DNA of 63,138 bases, counting the filler, from Vannella sp. (lineage: Eukaryota): the NCBI GenBank assembly GCA_023345925.1. It is 6 parts of 6 records of this genome, joined end to end, with 100 filler letters (N's around TTAATTAATTAA, not from the genome) between each part and the next. Parts side by side here need not be neighbours in the genome. Positions count along the whole stretch, not along the records: positions 30,183 to 39,522 come from JAJQQN010000195.1; positions 39,623 to 49,233 come from JAJQQN010000624.1; 4 more parts are not named here. The stretch is one strand, 5' to 3'. The translations under genes were made by a program, and so were the position numbers. The notes beneath the pieces are model-generated. The model saw only the letters and a list, made by a program, of their open reading frames with translations. It was not told the DNA's origin and did not search any database. Each line of letters starts with the position of its first letter. The first letter of the stretch is position 1. Of the stretch, positions 36,901 to 48,602 are shown one piece after another.

Positions 36901-37880
36901 TTACAGCTTACTTTGAGTGAGTGGGGCTCCACCGACTTGGCGACTCTTTCCTTCTACTCGTTTGGACATCTCGAGGACGGTTTCAGCAGGGAGGGATGGC
37001 TGGCGCCACATCCAATGGCCGCCATCGACTACGAGAGTGTCTCCTGTGATGAAGGAGCTCGCTTCCGTGCAAAGGAACACGGCAGAGAGGGCTATGTCGC
37101 TCTTCGTCCCCATTCTACCGATTGGAATGGCCAGCTTGACGAGGTCTCCGATGTTATCGGCTCCTGAGACACTTTGAGTGAGCCAATGAGCCTCTGGGAG
37201 TACGCTGACGCACCTGGAGCTAGTTTGGTCATACCAGCGGTATCATCAATAGGACCTGGAGCTATCCCATTGACCCGGATGCCGTAACAGCCCCATTCGA
37301 GCGCCAAAGTCCTTGTCATGCTGTCGATCGCGGCCTTAGCGGCTGATGCGTGGATCTTCTCTACTCAGTCGGTGATCACGTATCCTTGAAAGAGACTCAC
37401 CTGGTACCACGATGCCCCATAGTGGAGAGTTGCCGAGATGTTGATGATCGAACCTTGTCCTGACTTCTTCAGCTCAGGGAAGGCGACGTGTGACAAAGTA
37501 AAGACTCCCAATGCATCAATATCCATCACTGTCTTGAATCCCTTGGGTTTGAGCTGCTCAGCAGCAGCGAGGAAGTTGCCTGCTGCGCTGTTGACGAGAG
37601 TGTCCAGCTTCCCCCACTTCGCCACGATCTCTGAAACTGCTCGTTGAGCATCCTCCTCACTTCTTACGTCTCCTTGGATAGCCAGAGCTTCCACTCCTTG
37701 CTGATGGAGAAGTTCCACTGCCTTTTGAAGGAACTCGAGCCTCCTTCCCATGATAGCCACGCGCGCTCCGTGTAACCCAAGCTGTGTTGCAATCTCTAGC
37801 CCAATACCAGACCCACCACCAGTCACCAGAGCCACCCGTCCAGCCAGAGCATCAGAAACAAAGGGCGAGCGCGCGGTCAT
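36901..37880 (-). CDS. DECR2: Peroxisomal 2,4-dienoyl-CoA reductase
   Basis: SDR '[10 protein letters not shown]', 'VNSAAGNFL', 'INISATLHY', '[11 protein letters not shown]', '[10 protein letters not shown]'; ends in the PTS1 signal SKL; two introns. Confidence 0.92.
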
Positions 37881-37941
37881 CCCTAACAATGAACTCTGCG
37901 TGGAGCCTTCCTAACGAGTTTGTTTATGGAGTAAAGGGAGC

Positions 37942-38825
37942 TCACTGCTTCTTGAGCTTCGCGTAAATGTTCAGGAACTCCTGCAGGTCGATAGAGCCGC
38001 TCTTGTCCGCGTCGGCCTCTTGGAAGTGCATCATGGCGAGCCTGTTGATGAGCATGGGCTTCATCTTGCTTCCTAAGAGGAAGTCTGTATGGTTGGTTAG
38101 TACTTGGTGATGAGAAGGGGAGGAGTGGAGGGCTTACTGAGGATCCTTTCAAGCTCGGGGAACTCGATGGAGTTGGAGCGGTCAACGTCGCTGGCGTGGA
38201 ACTGTTGGACGGCGATGTCAACCTCTGGAGGGCTCAGACCAATGCGACTGCCAAGGGTGTAGTAGACAGACGCGCCACCAGCATTCTGTTGCTTGAGTGT
38301 GGTACCGTGGGGCTTGAACTGTTGGGTCTCCTTAGCAGGAGCCTGTTGTGGTGCACCCCATTGCTGTTGTGCACCTTGCTGGGGAGGTTGTTGGTGGGGC
38401 TGCGATGGGTAAGGTGCTGAGGCCGGTGCCATCTGTTGAGGATAGCCTCCTGGTTGAGGGGCAGGTTGATATCCTTGAGGAGGAGGTTGATATCCCTGCG
38501 TAGGCTGCTGGAAGCCTTGAGGAGGTTGCTGGAAGCCCTGAGGAGGCTGCTGGAAGCCTTGAGGCTGCTGATAGCCTTGGGGAGGTTGTTGATAGCCTTG
38601 AGCGGGCTGTTGGAAGCCCTGGGGAGGCTGCTGGAAGCCTTGAGGAGGCTGCTGATAGCCTTGGGGAGGTTGCTGGAATCCAGGTTGTTGGTAACCCTGA
38701 GGAGCCTGCTGGAATCCTTGGGCTGGGTAGCCGTAAGGCGCTTGGGACTGAACAACCTGAGGCGGGTAGCCTTGCGACGAGCCAGGAACCTGGCCCATGG
38801 AAGACATGTACGGAGGAAGCGCCAT
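37942..38825 (-). CDS. Two-EF-hand protein with Gln/Pro/Gly-rich N-terminus
   Basis: EF loops [12 protein letters not shown] and [12 protein letters not shown], the second after an intron at about 38138-38085; TGA at 37942-37944. Confidence 0.85.
38460..38725 (-). repeat. Coding 21-bp tandem repeat (QQPPQG[F/Y])
   Basis: About 12 imperfect heptad units in the translation. Confidence 0.85.
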
Positions 38826-39013
38826 TCCGCAAGACGCCCAATAATGTGAGCTTCCAGAAGCTGTCAGGACATGTCTAAGAAGTCTTTGAGGGTTCTACCT
38901 CTCCCTCTCCCTGGCCAGATAAAGAATGAGGTGAGAGAGAGCGGCAGCAGGGGGTAACGAGACGTGGGTGAGGGAGTGGAGGCGGAGAAGGGTGTATTAA
39001 GGAGGGGCTTCGG

Positions 39014-39391
39014 TTAAGCAAAGATCTTGTTTGGGAAGGGCCAAAAGAAGGAGAGTTTGGAGTAGATGGAGGGGCAGAGGACAACGGAAGCAACCTTGTC
39101 TTGGGCAACGTATTCCTCAACCTCCCGTTGGTGGGGGTTCACTACGTTAACTGGATAGTTGATGCGATAGAGAGGTTCAGGGACTCTTCGCTGGCTTGGT
39201 TGCACAGATCGATAGAAGAACGTGTTGGACACTGCAACGAAAGCGACAACAGCTGCCAGCGTGTCCAGGCGCAGATGACGCGCTGAGGTTGGGTGTAAAG
39301 TACACTTTGCTACTAATGCTGCACCAGCCCCCAACAAGTACGACTTGGTGGCAAGACCACTGGCAAACCCATGATTGGCTTCTTCCGCCAT
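39014..39391 (-). CDS. Hypothetical small membrane protein
   Basis: ATG-started ORF with two hydrophobic segments; no family recognised. Confidence 0.45.
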   Translation of the reverse strand: MAEEANHGFASGLATKSYLLGAGAALVAKCTLHPTSARHLRLDTLAAVVAFVAVSNTFFYRSVQPSQRRVPEPLYRINYPVNVVNPHQREVEEYVAQDKVASVVLCPSIYSKLSFFWPFPNKIFA

Positions 39392-39522
39392 CCCACCAGA
39401 AAATGGGCTTTTCAGCATTCTTTCATTGCTTTGGATAAACGAATCGATTTCTAGCCTCCTTCGTCTGACTGAGAAGAGGTATTACGTTAACTAACCCTGG
39501 ATCGGCGATCAGTTTCGTTAAC

Positions 39523-39622
39523 NNNNNNNNNNNNNNNNNNNNNNNNNNNNNNNNNNNNNNNNNNNNTTAATTAATTAANNNNNNNNNNNNNNNNNNNNNN
39601 NNNNNNNNNNNNNNNNNNNNNN
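39523..39622. other. Artificial contig linker
   Basis: N44-TTAATTAATTAA-N44. Confidence 0.98.
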
Positions 39623-39794
39623 GAAATCAGGCCCGGCCTAACTTCCTCCTTGTGGGGAGACCTGTGCCTTGTATAATACAACATTGTACGATAAAGAAAA
39701 AAAAAAAAAAATCAAGTTGAATCAATTCCTTTTTAATTGTTTCCTGTTTAATCGAAAAGAAGGTTGCATTTTCTGGGGTCTTGGAGGACCGGCC

Positions 39795-41845
39795 ATGTCA
39801 GACCCGGACAGTCCGACCAAACTCCTTCGACGGACGCTCTCGGGGCGAGACAAGAAGCCTCCCAAGTCTCCCCGTTCAGCGCATTCGATCCGGAAGAGCA
39901 TGGTTCCTCGCCTGCCAAGCTTTCACATGCCCAGACGACCGTCGTTGGCCCGAAATCCTTCGCTTAAGACACCACGTGAACAGCCACACGCTCTAGTGCT
40001 TGAGGGAAACCAGGTCATGTTAGAGAACATCGTGAAGGTGTGTGGAAGTGGCTATTTGCAGGAGTTAGACGAGCAATCACGAACGCCCCTCCACATCGCC
40101 GCTATCAACGGGCAGTTTGAGATCTTACGGTACCTGCTCGAGGTTAAACCAACCATTCTCGAAGCCATCGATGAAGATGGGTGGACAGCCCTGCACCACG
40201 CTTGCATGGCCGGTCACCTCGATGCGGCCTGCTACCTTATTGCCTCTGGCGCGGACTTTTGGGCACACACACACAAGTCTGACACTGTTTTAAACATCCT
40301 ACTACGTAACAAGACCTTGGTACGTCCTCCCCGTGTGCGCTTCGTTCTCTCTTCTAACGGTCTTTGGTCCAAAGGGGGAGAAGAACAACGACCTGAAGGT
40401 GATCGTTCAGACGATCCTTTCCAAGCCTGACGAGATCATCAGTCTGTCTAATAGCGAGGGATGTTGCGCGTACGAAGCAGATCTGAAGAGGATCTTGATT
40501 GGGCTCTAACGGCAGTTGGGGGTAGGTTGCATTACTGCGTGCCCCGAGAGATGATTTGGACGACAAGAGAGATACTCAAAGCAGGTTGTAACGTTAACCT
40601 GATCAACAAGTGAGTGAAACAGGCCAAAACATCGCTGAAGGAGCCTGATTCGTTCCACAGACGCGGAGAGACGCCTCTTCATCTAGCTGCCAGAGGGGGT
40701 AACCAAGAGATGGTACAGCTGCTCTTAGAGTTCAATGCCAACGCAGATATCGAGACAGACGCAGGTCGGCCCATCGATTTGATCGCGAAAGGGAGCGGGT
40801 CAATGATCCGGCGAATACTCGTTACTGGTACGTTCTCTGGGTCTTCTTTAGTATTCCAGAGTGTGACATGCCTCTCTTTGTAGCGGAGAAGGGATCTAAA
40901 AGGGGTCGCGGAAGCCGGAATAGGTCAGCTTCTCAATCAGGCACCAGACCAGCTTCCTTCCTGATGGAGCGGCTCGAAGAAATCGGCTTGCAGGAGGAAA
41001 TCGTTTCTCGAGAGGAGATCCAAGTCAGCTTAGGACAGAGTCTCAAGGTTAATAAGTCACCGCGGGCCATTAGGAGTCACAGCGGGTCTCGAACAGACAG
41101 TCTTTTGGAGAATCTGCTAATCACACGGAGCTACACACAACAAAGAGAGCTCCTTCCTGTATCTCCACGTAACTTAAGTCTTCCTCATGAACAGGAGACT
41201 ATCAGCCGTAGAGAAGACATTCCCGCGGAGCGGCTCACTCGAAGTCGAGGGAGTTCTTTGACTGCAAGCGGCGGCACTACATTTAGAGATGTCCCAATGC
41301 GCGAGAAACCGGGAAGAGCATCTCGCCGAGGGAGCGAGTGTAACTCTACGGGCAGCTTTTCATCCAATGACGGAGACGAAAAGCCTGAGCGGATTAGCAA
41401 GAAGGGAATTAGCATCTTTTTGGAAACCATCGCTTCTCCTAGAAACCTTCTCGACAGAGATGTCGAAACAATCTCACCTTCCCTCACGGTTGGTTGGGAA
41501 GTCATTCCGAAAGTTTCCACTCCGAAAGTCATTCGGGTCACCAGCGAACAAAAAATCACGGTGAACCCTCTTCATGAGGCGGATGAAGATATCACTGATG
41601 ATTCGGATGAGACGCAAATTCACTATTTGGAGCGAAAGCTAAACCAATCACAGGCCAAAGTCCAGCAACTTGATAACGAGCTGAAAATGACACAAAATCT
41701 CTTACAAAAAACGCAACGCCGCCTCGGAGAACGAGACAAAAAGATCAATGACCTCGAACGGACCATCTGGAAGATGTCCAAGTCAGAGCGAGCCGTTCAA
41801 TTTGCGCAGGCGGATTCCGATTCCTGCGAAGAATCAGAACCATAA
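39795..41845 (+). CDS. Ankyrin-repeat protein with C-terminal coiled coil
   Basis: 'RTPLHIAAING', 'GWTALHHACMAG', 'GETPLHLAARGG'; about four introns; coiled coil 'LERKLNQSQAKVQQLDNEL'. Confidence 0.85.
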
Positions 41846-41930
41846 TCCATTGCTTCTTATGTATTTTACCATCTCGAGCTGATTGGCGCTTCAATGTATA
41901 TGTCCTTGGAACCATTTCGGCTTTATTTGA

Positions 41931-44900
41931 TTACAGGAACGAAGTGGTGAAGAATGCGCTGACGCCAGTGATGGGTTGGCATCGGGAACCCTCTAGGAGG
42001 GTTGGGAGGGTGCTGTTTTTGCGCCAATACTGATCTGCGAAAGCAAAAGTGTGAAGAACGAGAGGTGGAAGTTGGTCTCCAAAGTGAAGCAGCAATTTTG
42101 TCGTTTCTTCAAACAGTGACTTGATGGTGTCCAGTTCGCTCTTCTCTTGAGAGTAGTCCATTGTAAAAAGAGCCAGAGATGCTACAAGTAGCCTGTTAGC
42201 ATACAAGAAGCGAGTTTGATCAGCCAGAGGAGGGATAGCCATAACTTGGCCACAGGCGGCTTCATAAGACCGAGCCAACGTCAAAAGATTCTGTGCTGCT
42301 TGGTACAAGGTAGCCACATCAGGTTGCAAAATGAAACGTCCATTTTGAATCAATTCTACCAGGGAGAAGCCGCATAGATGAGTGAGGAACAGTGGCTCTT
42401 CCCACATATTGTCGAGCTCCTTGGTGAATAGTTCGGAGTTATCTGCTTCCCATGGAGGCAAGGACAACTTCAAAACATGTCCACATACCTTATCAAACAA
42501 ATAAGATTGATAAAAGAGACTGTCTCCCCATTGAGAAGAGAGCAGACGGAAAATGGCCTCTTTGGCAATAGAAGGAGACATGGAAGTCTGGAAAGTGTGG
42601 GTGCATTCCCTGATGTCTCCTTCTCTGAGTGCAGGAGAGAAGGAAGGGAGTTTCGTTTCAAAAGAAACATACGCAAGGACTTCATGTCTTAGGTCTTCAT
42701 CGTCATCTTCCAAAAAGATCGCAGCGAGAATCCAACAACGAATAGCACCTTCACTGACAGAGCTTTGAGCTTCGTAGGTAGTCTCCAGTATCTTAGAGGC
42801 CTTAATAGATCGTAAGGAAGCATTACGGAACTCCAACGGCTGGTTTGACAAAGTAAATTTCTCCAATTGATGAAGCCAAAGAGGGAGAATGGCCGTAGAA
42901 TCCTTCCTTTGGGCGTGGCATTGTTGGACGAAGTAACCAAGATATTGAACAATCTGTTGGTGAATCAAAGTCGAAGTGGAAACACCTACCAACGAGGAGA
43001 TCCTCTTCCAATGGCCTGAATCTGGCTCCAACGCATTGACCGGAAGTGGTTCGGGCAGTTGTTGAAGGACAGCGAAAAGAACAGCAAAAGCCTCCTCGTT
43101 TGTCTCTTCCTCAACACGTTGGAGAATAGTCTTCTGTACAACACTCCAATCTGCGCATGCTTCATTCCCACTTAAATGCGCGCTTATCTGGCGCAAGCTT
43201 TCGCTACGAACTTCGTAGTCTTTGTCAAGAAGCAAGCTGACTAGCGCATTTGTTACTGCCACTCCTGTACTCTCTTGGAAGTTAGCTGGTTCTTTGAGAG
43301 CATGTTCCACACAAAAAGTGGACAAATCCAGCCTCCAAGTAGCTCGCATTGGTCTCCATTCATCAGATTGTGGAAGACTAGTAGTAGATAGCAAGTTCCA
43401 GGCCGTTTGGATTGTCTGGCTCTTTAGCAATTGCATGGGCTGGTTATCTGATAAATTCAAAAGAGCCAAAGCGTGCACAACAGTAAAGAGAACCGCTAGG
43501 AATGACCTTGACAAGGATAGAGCTCCCTCAGCACTGGCAAGCCAAAAGTAACTTGGCAAAGCTCCAAAGAACCCTTCTGAAAGCTCTTGAGAAGAATCAG
43601 GAGACTCAATTAGGTGAGCTACATTCTCTCGAAGCAGATACAACACTTGTAAGACAATTCCGTGGGCAAAGTTCGAATCACAATGGACCCGAGAGAGACT
43701 GAAAGGCTCTGCAGTCGGAAGCTGCTGCATCCGTAGGGACAAGAAGCTAGGAACATCTGAAGAGGCAACCAAAGGGACCAGCGCTCGTGCTGCCATTTCC
43801 CGGACTCGATAGTCAGCCTGCTTTGCACAGCGAAGGACAAGAGGCACAAAAGGCAAAGCAGGATAGAGCGAGTTCTCTGATAGAACCACTTCTGATGGAG
43901 ATAAACGAGATAGCAAGATAAGGAGGGAGTAAAGACTAGTTTGGGTGATGAAGAGAGTCGATGCATCGCCATCAGGACCCGTTCTACCCTTTAAACTCGT
44001 TCCTGATTGATCTAAATGGGCTAATAACTCCTTCAACTTCTGGAGCAAGTAAGGATAGAGGGACGGAAGCCGTGAGAACAGAATAGAAAAAGTTGTACTT
44101 GTTCCTTTCGAGCGCTCTTCAACATCCTGCTTGGAGACACCGAGTGTCCGACGCAAGAGAACACTATAAGACAAGGAAGCTGCGTTTCGAATGGCCCAGG
44201 ACCCGGAACTGAGCCTATCGATAGTTAAGTTGAAGTATGAGGCAATCCAAGGGTCAAGTCGAGGGCCCAAAATACGGTCTGTAAGGATTGCCCGTAAAAC
44301 GTTGAAGGCATGAACAACACTCATTTCTTCGTCATTGCATTCAGGAGGAGGCGAAATGATTAAATTCATCAAAAACTCGATAACTTGAGTCAAATAAGGA
44401 TGAATACTCAAGCTTTGAAGCGCTTCTCCGTGGAGAATAGCACAGAATGCGAGGGGGATTCCGGCACTTCGTCGAGTGACGATTCCAGAAGTGATTCGGG
44501 TCATCTTATGGAACAGCAATTGTAGCCACTGAGTTGGAAGATGTAGGAGAGAGCCTATTTGACAAGAGAATAGCTTCTGGCAGATCATATCAAAGCCTAA
44601 ATAAGCTTTTTCGAGGACTCCTTTGTGTCTCGTGCTGATGAGAACCTTTAAAAGGCTCTCTGCACATCCTTGAACTTGCTCTGAGGACAAAATGTAATGC
44701 CCAATGTTGTTGCCGTCCTCAATAACAAGCTCCTGGACTAGAGAGCCAAACAGAAGTGATACAGACTTGATCAAGAGCCAAGAAGCTACGACAATCTGGC
44801 GACCATGATCAGCTTCGTCGCCTTCCTCGCCCGGATTCTCCTCTTCGTCCTCAGCAATATCAATTGCTGCCTCAAGGAGATCCTCTGTGGCTTCTTCCTC

Positions 44901-47900
44901 CCGAATCACATCTGCAGAGAGCGTTGGTTTCCAGCCTTCTGTAGTTATGTCGCCAATTACGTTCATAGCAAGCAACAGAATACTGGCCAAGTCCTCTAAC
45001 AAAACCCCGAAGAGACATCGCCACTGTTGGATCTCTGATAGTTTCATCCGGCCCTCCTTCAATGGAAGGTCCATGGCCAAATACAGAAGCGTTTGGAGGG
45101 CGCCATACATATGCCTCCATCCTATAGCCACCATTCCATCCTCTCCTTGAGCCACCTGTAGCTTTCTCCGCACCAAAACGAGGAGCTCAGCAAAAAGCCG
45201 ATGAGCCCCGCTGGTTTCAGCCAAAGAGAACTTCAATCCAAGCTCTTCCTCAAGGGATTCAGATGAATCACTGATGATAACGTGATAGGTAGCCTCAACG
45301 GGGCCACTCTGGTACTGGACATAGCTGAAGAAGGCCACTCGGACAAGAAGAGAGCCAATATCTCCATCTCGGGCTCGAGAAGAGGCAATTAATACACTTG
45401 CTGGCCCCAGGAAGCGCTTTCGGAACAGTTCAAAGCTCAAGTGAGGTAAAGGAGTCGGGAATTTGCGAAGAGTGTCGAAAAGGAGCTGTCTGGTGTTATC
45501 AAATGAGTCCCACAGGCCACTTAGCAAGTTAAAGAGATTATGAGGAGAAAACAAACTCAATTGAGATAGTTGCTCTTCTCCTAAGAACTCTGATGGATTG
45601 ACTCCAGTCTTTCCCGGTTTGCGGGTCAATCTATCTCCATAAGCGACACGTTGAGGGGGCGGATTGGAGTTCCAGACATCCAGGAAGAGTTGGTTGTAAA
45701 GAAGAATAGCAAGGGACATCTTAACAAATGGAGATCGCGGATAGAAACAGACGGCAATCTGATTAGCAGCTGCATTGAGGAAAGCGCAAAGATCTTCGTG
45801 TACTTGATACAGCTCTGGAGCTTGAGAGTGGACAAGTGCTGAAATTTCCGACCGCTGGTGGGCCTTGTATCGAACCATTAATCTCTGAAGAAGTGTGCCT
45901 GTCTCGTGCCGGCCCTGCGATCCCAGTGAATCACGAACGCAATAACGCAAAAAGCACCGGAACATCTCTTGTTCAGTCACAGTCAACCCAGCAGTCAGAG
46001 TGCGAGATTCGCAGATGCTTTCCAACGCTACATGACGCAAGAATGCGTTACCAGAAGTCAGGCTTGTGTAGAGAATAGGAACAATCGGGATGTCAGAAAG
46101 AGATTCAATCACAGACTCCATTTCTGCAGGAGACAGAAGCGCTTGCTTGCGACTGTGTTTGAAGAAAGAGAGAAGCGCTATCATATGACGCGACTCTAAA
46201 TGGTCCACATCAGTGACTACTGCCCTGATAAAGGTGGCCAATTCTTCAGGATAAGTTGACAAGGCAATTGGGATAGTGTACGTGACAACACCATATTGCA
46301 ATGCTTCATTTGGACTGCAAAGTGACTCGATGAAAGTCGGAAGCATCTGAGGTAACGGGACAGTCCCAGATTGCTTGACTTTGACCTTCGCTTTGAGACT
46401 TTCCTTCTTCTTTGATTCTCCCATTCCCTGGAAACCGCCAAAATTATTCAGCACATTCACAAGCAGAGCGCTGGCTTTGCCGCAAAATCGTGGTTCGCAG
46501 AAGATGTTAAACAACTCTTCAAGGAAGCCAGGGGAAGCCCTCATTAGTCTCTCGCTTCCAACAGCTCGTACAATACTGCTGAAGACTGGAAACTTTCCGC
46601 GCTTGTTCCAATCTGTCAGCAACATGTCTTGGATAAGTTTGTTCATGAATTCATCCGCAGCGATCCGTTCTTCGAGGTTCTGAGTCAATCGAAGGACTTG
46701 CTGTTGGGTATCAATGATGCTGTCAAGGCTTCCTTGTAATTGTTGGAGAACTGGATCGTAGTGATACTCCCATGAGTTCCAGAGCGCCTCAATAAGGCCA
46801 GGGAAGAAGCTACGGAACAGATAATCATGAGAAACTCCCAAAAGAAGCTCACAGATGCTCGTTGCAGAGCTAGAAGCGACTGAATCAATTTGGACGTCCA
46901 CCAAAGCGTACATGCTTAAGCAAGCACTTCTGAGAGCAAAGAATGAAGCCAATTTGTGCACTGGAATAGTAGCTCGGAGAGTTATCTCCAATATAGATGG
47001 AACAATCGCTTTGAATAGCACAGAAGTCTCTCCAGCTCCTACCAAAACCTCTTTTGGCATTGTCGCGCAGAGTCCTCGCATCAATGCCAAGACGGAAGTA
47101 TCAGGAACATCTCTCAAGTGACTAATGACCTCAATTCCTTCCAACCGACTCCTTCTGAGGAGCGAATAGAGAAGAGTCTCGGTTGTCTGAGAGTGACTTT
47201 GGAAGAAGATGTCTTGAATCTGGCGAGGGAGATCGATTGATTGTGTCTTTGCAGCAAAGCTGACAATCTGGCAAAGAAGGAAACCTGTGTGAGTCAGTGT
47301 CTCCTGCTGGAGAGAAGCCTGCCGCAAAGCAGTGGTCAAGGAAGCCACCAAATCGCATAAATTCTGCTGCCCTGGATCAAGGGGAGCGTCCAAGCTGTCT
47401 AGGGTGAGTAGATAGAGCTCGTTGAACCGTTTCTCGAAGCTAAATCGGTCCTGCTGCAACAGACGAAGGAGAATCTGTGTGATGTACTCGATCTTTGATG
47501 TGTTTTGGACAGCAACGCTCTGATCCACTGTCTTAGTAGTAGACTGTGTTTGCAGACAGAGACTGTTCAAAAGGTACGAACATCCAGAGAGGAGGACGTG
47601 AAGGCCTTCTGTAAGATCCATGTTTGGGATGATCTGATGCAAAAGGAGGATATCGAGTTGCCGGAGGGAAGGGTAGGATCTCCTTTGTGGTTCAGGGCTT
47701 CTGATAAGTTGTTGGAGAGTGTCCAATAGAAGGGAAGAGCCCTCCTTTGCGGGTACGCCGCGGAAGAGACCCCGAACAACTGTAAAGAACTCAACGGGGA
47801 GACTTGCAGGGGCTTGCTGCTCTGCATCACAGGCGATAACTTCGATCACTGCAGCTAAACAGAGCTGTATCTGAATGGTAGAAGCAGAGCGGAGCTCTTT

Positions 47901-48074
47901 CCCGAGAGACTTTAAGAGGTCCACCTGCGATCGAAAGTCTGAAGCAACCGCCAACTGCTCAAAGCATTGAAGAAAGGGGCTCTCCAGTTGGCTCTGCCAT
48001 TGGCGAAGAAGCGAGGAAGAAACTACCAAAGGAGACAAAACACGGTCTCCAGGCGCTCCTCCTCCCTTGGTCAT
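41931..48074 (-). CDS. THADA: THADA/Trm732 (DUF2428), tRNA 2'-O-methylation cofactor
   Basis: About 2050-aa HEAT-like ORF with 'RHKGVLEKAYLGF', 'TRRSAGIP', 'VVHAFNVLRAI', 'WAIRNAA', 'YRVREMAARAL'. Confidence 0.92.
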   Translation of the reverse strand: MTKGGGAPGDRVLSPLVVSSSLLRQWQSQLESPFLQCFEQLAVASDFRSQVDLLKSLGKELRSASTIQIQLCLAAVIEVIACDAEQQAPASLPVEFFTVVRGLFRGVPAKEGSSLLLDTLQQLIRSPEPQRRSYPSLRQLDILLLHQIIPNMDLTEGLHVLLSGCSYLLNSLCLQTQSTTKTVDQSVAVQNTSKIEYITQILLRLLQQDRFSFEKRFNELYLLTLDSLDAPLDPGQQNLCDLVASLTTALRQASLQQETLTHTGFLLCQIVSFAAKTQSIDLPRQIQDIFFQSHSQTTETLLYSLLRRSRLEGIEVISHLRDVPDTSVLALMRGLCATMPKEVLVGAGETSVLFKAIVPSILEITLRATIPVHKLASFFALRSACLSMYALVDVQIDSVASSSATSICELLLGVSHDYLFRSFFPGLIEALWNSWEYHYDPVLQQLQGSLDSIIDTQQQVLRLTQNLEERIAADEFMNKLIQDMLLTDWNKRGKFPVFSSIVRAVGSERLMRASPGFLEELFNIFCEPRFCGKASALLVNVLNNFGGFQGMGESKKKESLKAKVKVKQSGTVPLPQMLPTFIESLCSPNEALQYGVVTYTIPIALSTYPEELATFIRAVVTDVDHLESRHMIALLSFFKHSRKQALLSPAEMESVIESLSDIPIVPILYTSLTSGNAFLRHVALESICESRTLTAGLTVTEQEMFRCFLRYCVRDSLGSQGRHETGTLLQRLMVRYKAHQRSEISALVHSQAPELYQVHEDLCAFLNAAANQIAVCFYPRSPFVKMSLAILLYNQLFLDVWNSNPPPQRVAYGDRLTRKPGKTGVNPSEFLGEEQLSQLSLFSPHNLFNLLSGLWDSFDNTRQLLFDTLRKFPTPLPHLSFELFRKRFLGPASVLIASSRARDGDIGSLLVRVAFFSYVQYQSGPVEATYHVIISDSSESLEEELGLKFSLAETSGAHRLFAELLVLVRRKLQVAQGEDGMVAIGWRHMYGALQTLLYLAMDLPLKEGRMKLSEIQQWRCLFGVLLEDLASILLLAMNVIGDITTEGWKPTLSADVIREEEATEDLLEAAIDIAEDEEENPGEEGDEADHGRQIVVASWLLIKSVSLLFGSLVQELVIEDGNNIGHYILSSEQVQGCAESLLKVLISTRHKGVLEKAYLGFDMICQKLFSCQIGSLLHLPTQWLQLLFHKMTRITSGIVTRRSAGIPLAFCAILHGEALQSLSIHPYLTQVIEFLMNLIISPPPECNDEEMSVVHAFNVLRAILTDRILGPRLDPWIASYFNLTIDRLSSGSWAIRNAASLSYSVLLRRTLGVSKQDVEERSKGTSTTFSILFSRLPSLYPYLLQKLKELLAHLDQSGTSLKGRTGPDGDASTLFITQTSLYSLLILLSRLSPSEVVLSENSLYPALPFVPLVLRCAKQADYRVREMAARALVPLVASSDVPSFLSLRMQQLPTAEPFSLSRVHCDSNFAHGIVLQVLYLLRENVAHLIESPDSSQELSEGFFGALPSYFWLASAEGALSLSRSFLAVLFTVVHALALLNLSDNQPMQLLKSQTIQTAWNLLSTTSLPQSDEWRPMRATWRLDLSTFCVEHALKEPANFQESTGVAVTNALVSLLLDKDYEVRSESLRQISAHLSGNEACADWSVVQKTILQRVEEETNEEAFAVLFAVLQQLPEPLPVNALEPDSGHWKRISSLVGVSTSTLIHQQIVQYLGYFVQQCHAQRKDSTAILPLWLHQLEKFTLSNQPLEFRNASLRSIKASKILETTYEAQSSVSEGAIRCWILAAIFLEDDDEDLRHEVLAYVSFETKLPSFSPALREGDIRECTHTFQTSMSPSIAKEAIFRLLSSQWGDSLFYQSYLFDKVCGHVLKLSLPPWEADNSELFTKELDNMWEEPLFLTHLCGFSLVELIQNGRFILQPDVATLYQAAQNLLTLARSYEAACGQVMAIPPLADQTRFLYANRLLVASLALFTMDYSQEKSELDTIKSLFEETTKLLLHFGDQLPPLVLHTFAFADQYWRKNSTLPTLLEGSRCQPITGVSAFFTTSFL

Positions 48075-48187
48075 GCCAAACCGTTCCAAAATGAACCAAA
48101 AGGGGCACCAATGAGCTATTTGTCTGTTTTGGTTGATCTTTTTGGCTCATTCTGTTCTTTCAACCGTGGCTGGCGGACGTGGTTGAC

Positions 48188-48391
48188 TCGACCCGAGAAC
48201 TCTCTTAGTGTTGGAACTGACGCAAAGGAATAGATATGGAGTGAGCCGCATGTTCTAATTATTAAGCACTTGAACTCAGTGAGCGCAACAACGCCCAAAC
48301 CTAACTGGCTGATACTTACCTTGAGAGAATTCACCGCCCAACTAAACCACGTCGACCCGAGAACTCTCTTTGTGTTGGAACTGACGCAAAG
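48188..48391. repeat. 40-bp direct repeat pair (48188-48227, 48352-48391)
   Basis: tcgacccgagaactctctt[a/t]gtgttggaactgacgcaaag occurs twice with one mismatch. Confidence 0.9.
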
Positions 48392-48602
48392 CCTCCTTTG
48401 AAAAGTGGCTTCAAATTCGACCGGGATCATAACGAATGAACTTTTTATGTGTTTTAAGCGAGGCACTTTTAGCTCATTTCAACCTGATAGAAAAATGGCC
48501 CTCTTAAAAACATATGAAACTTGATTCGCAAGGGTCCCGATCAAATTTAGGTACTTTTCAATGAGGCCAGCGGACGTGGTTGACTGGGGCGGTGAATTCT
48601 CT
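48325..48602. mobile_element. Palindromic MITE-like element, copy C (inverted relative to A/B), with outer inverted repeats
   Basis: Core 48398-48560 has arms ttgaaaagtggcttcaaattcgaccgggatc / gggtcccgatcaaatttaggtacttttcaa. Outer IR gagaattcaccgcccaactaaaccacgtc pairs with gacgtggttgactggggcggtgaattctc. Confidence 0.7.

Noticed and set aside
48188..48391. 40-bp direct repeats resembling a CRISPR array
   Set aside because: Only two copies, a 124-nt gap, no cas genes and a eukaryotic context.
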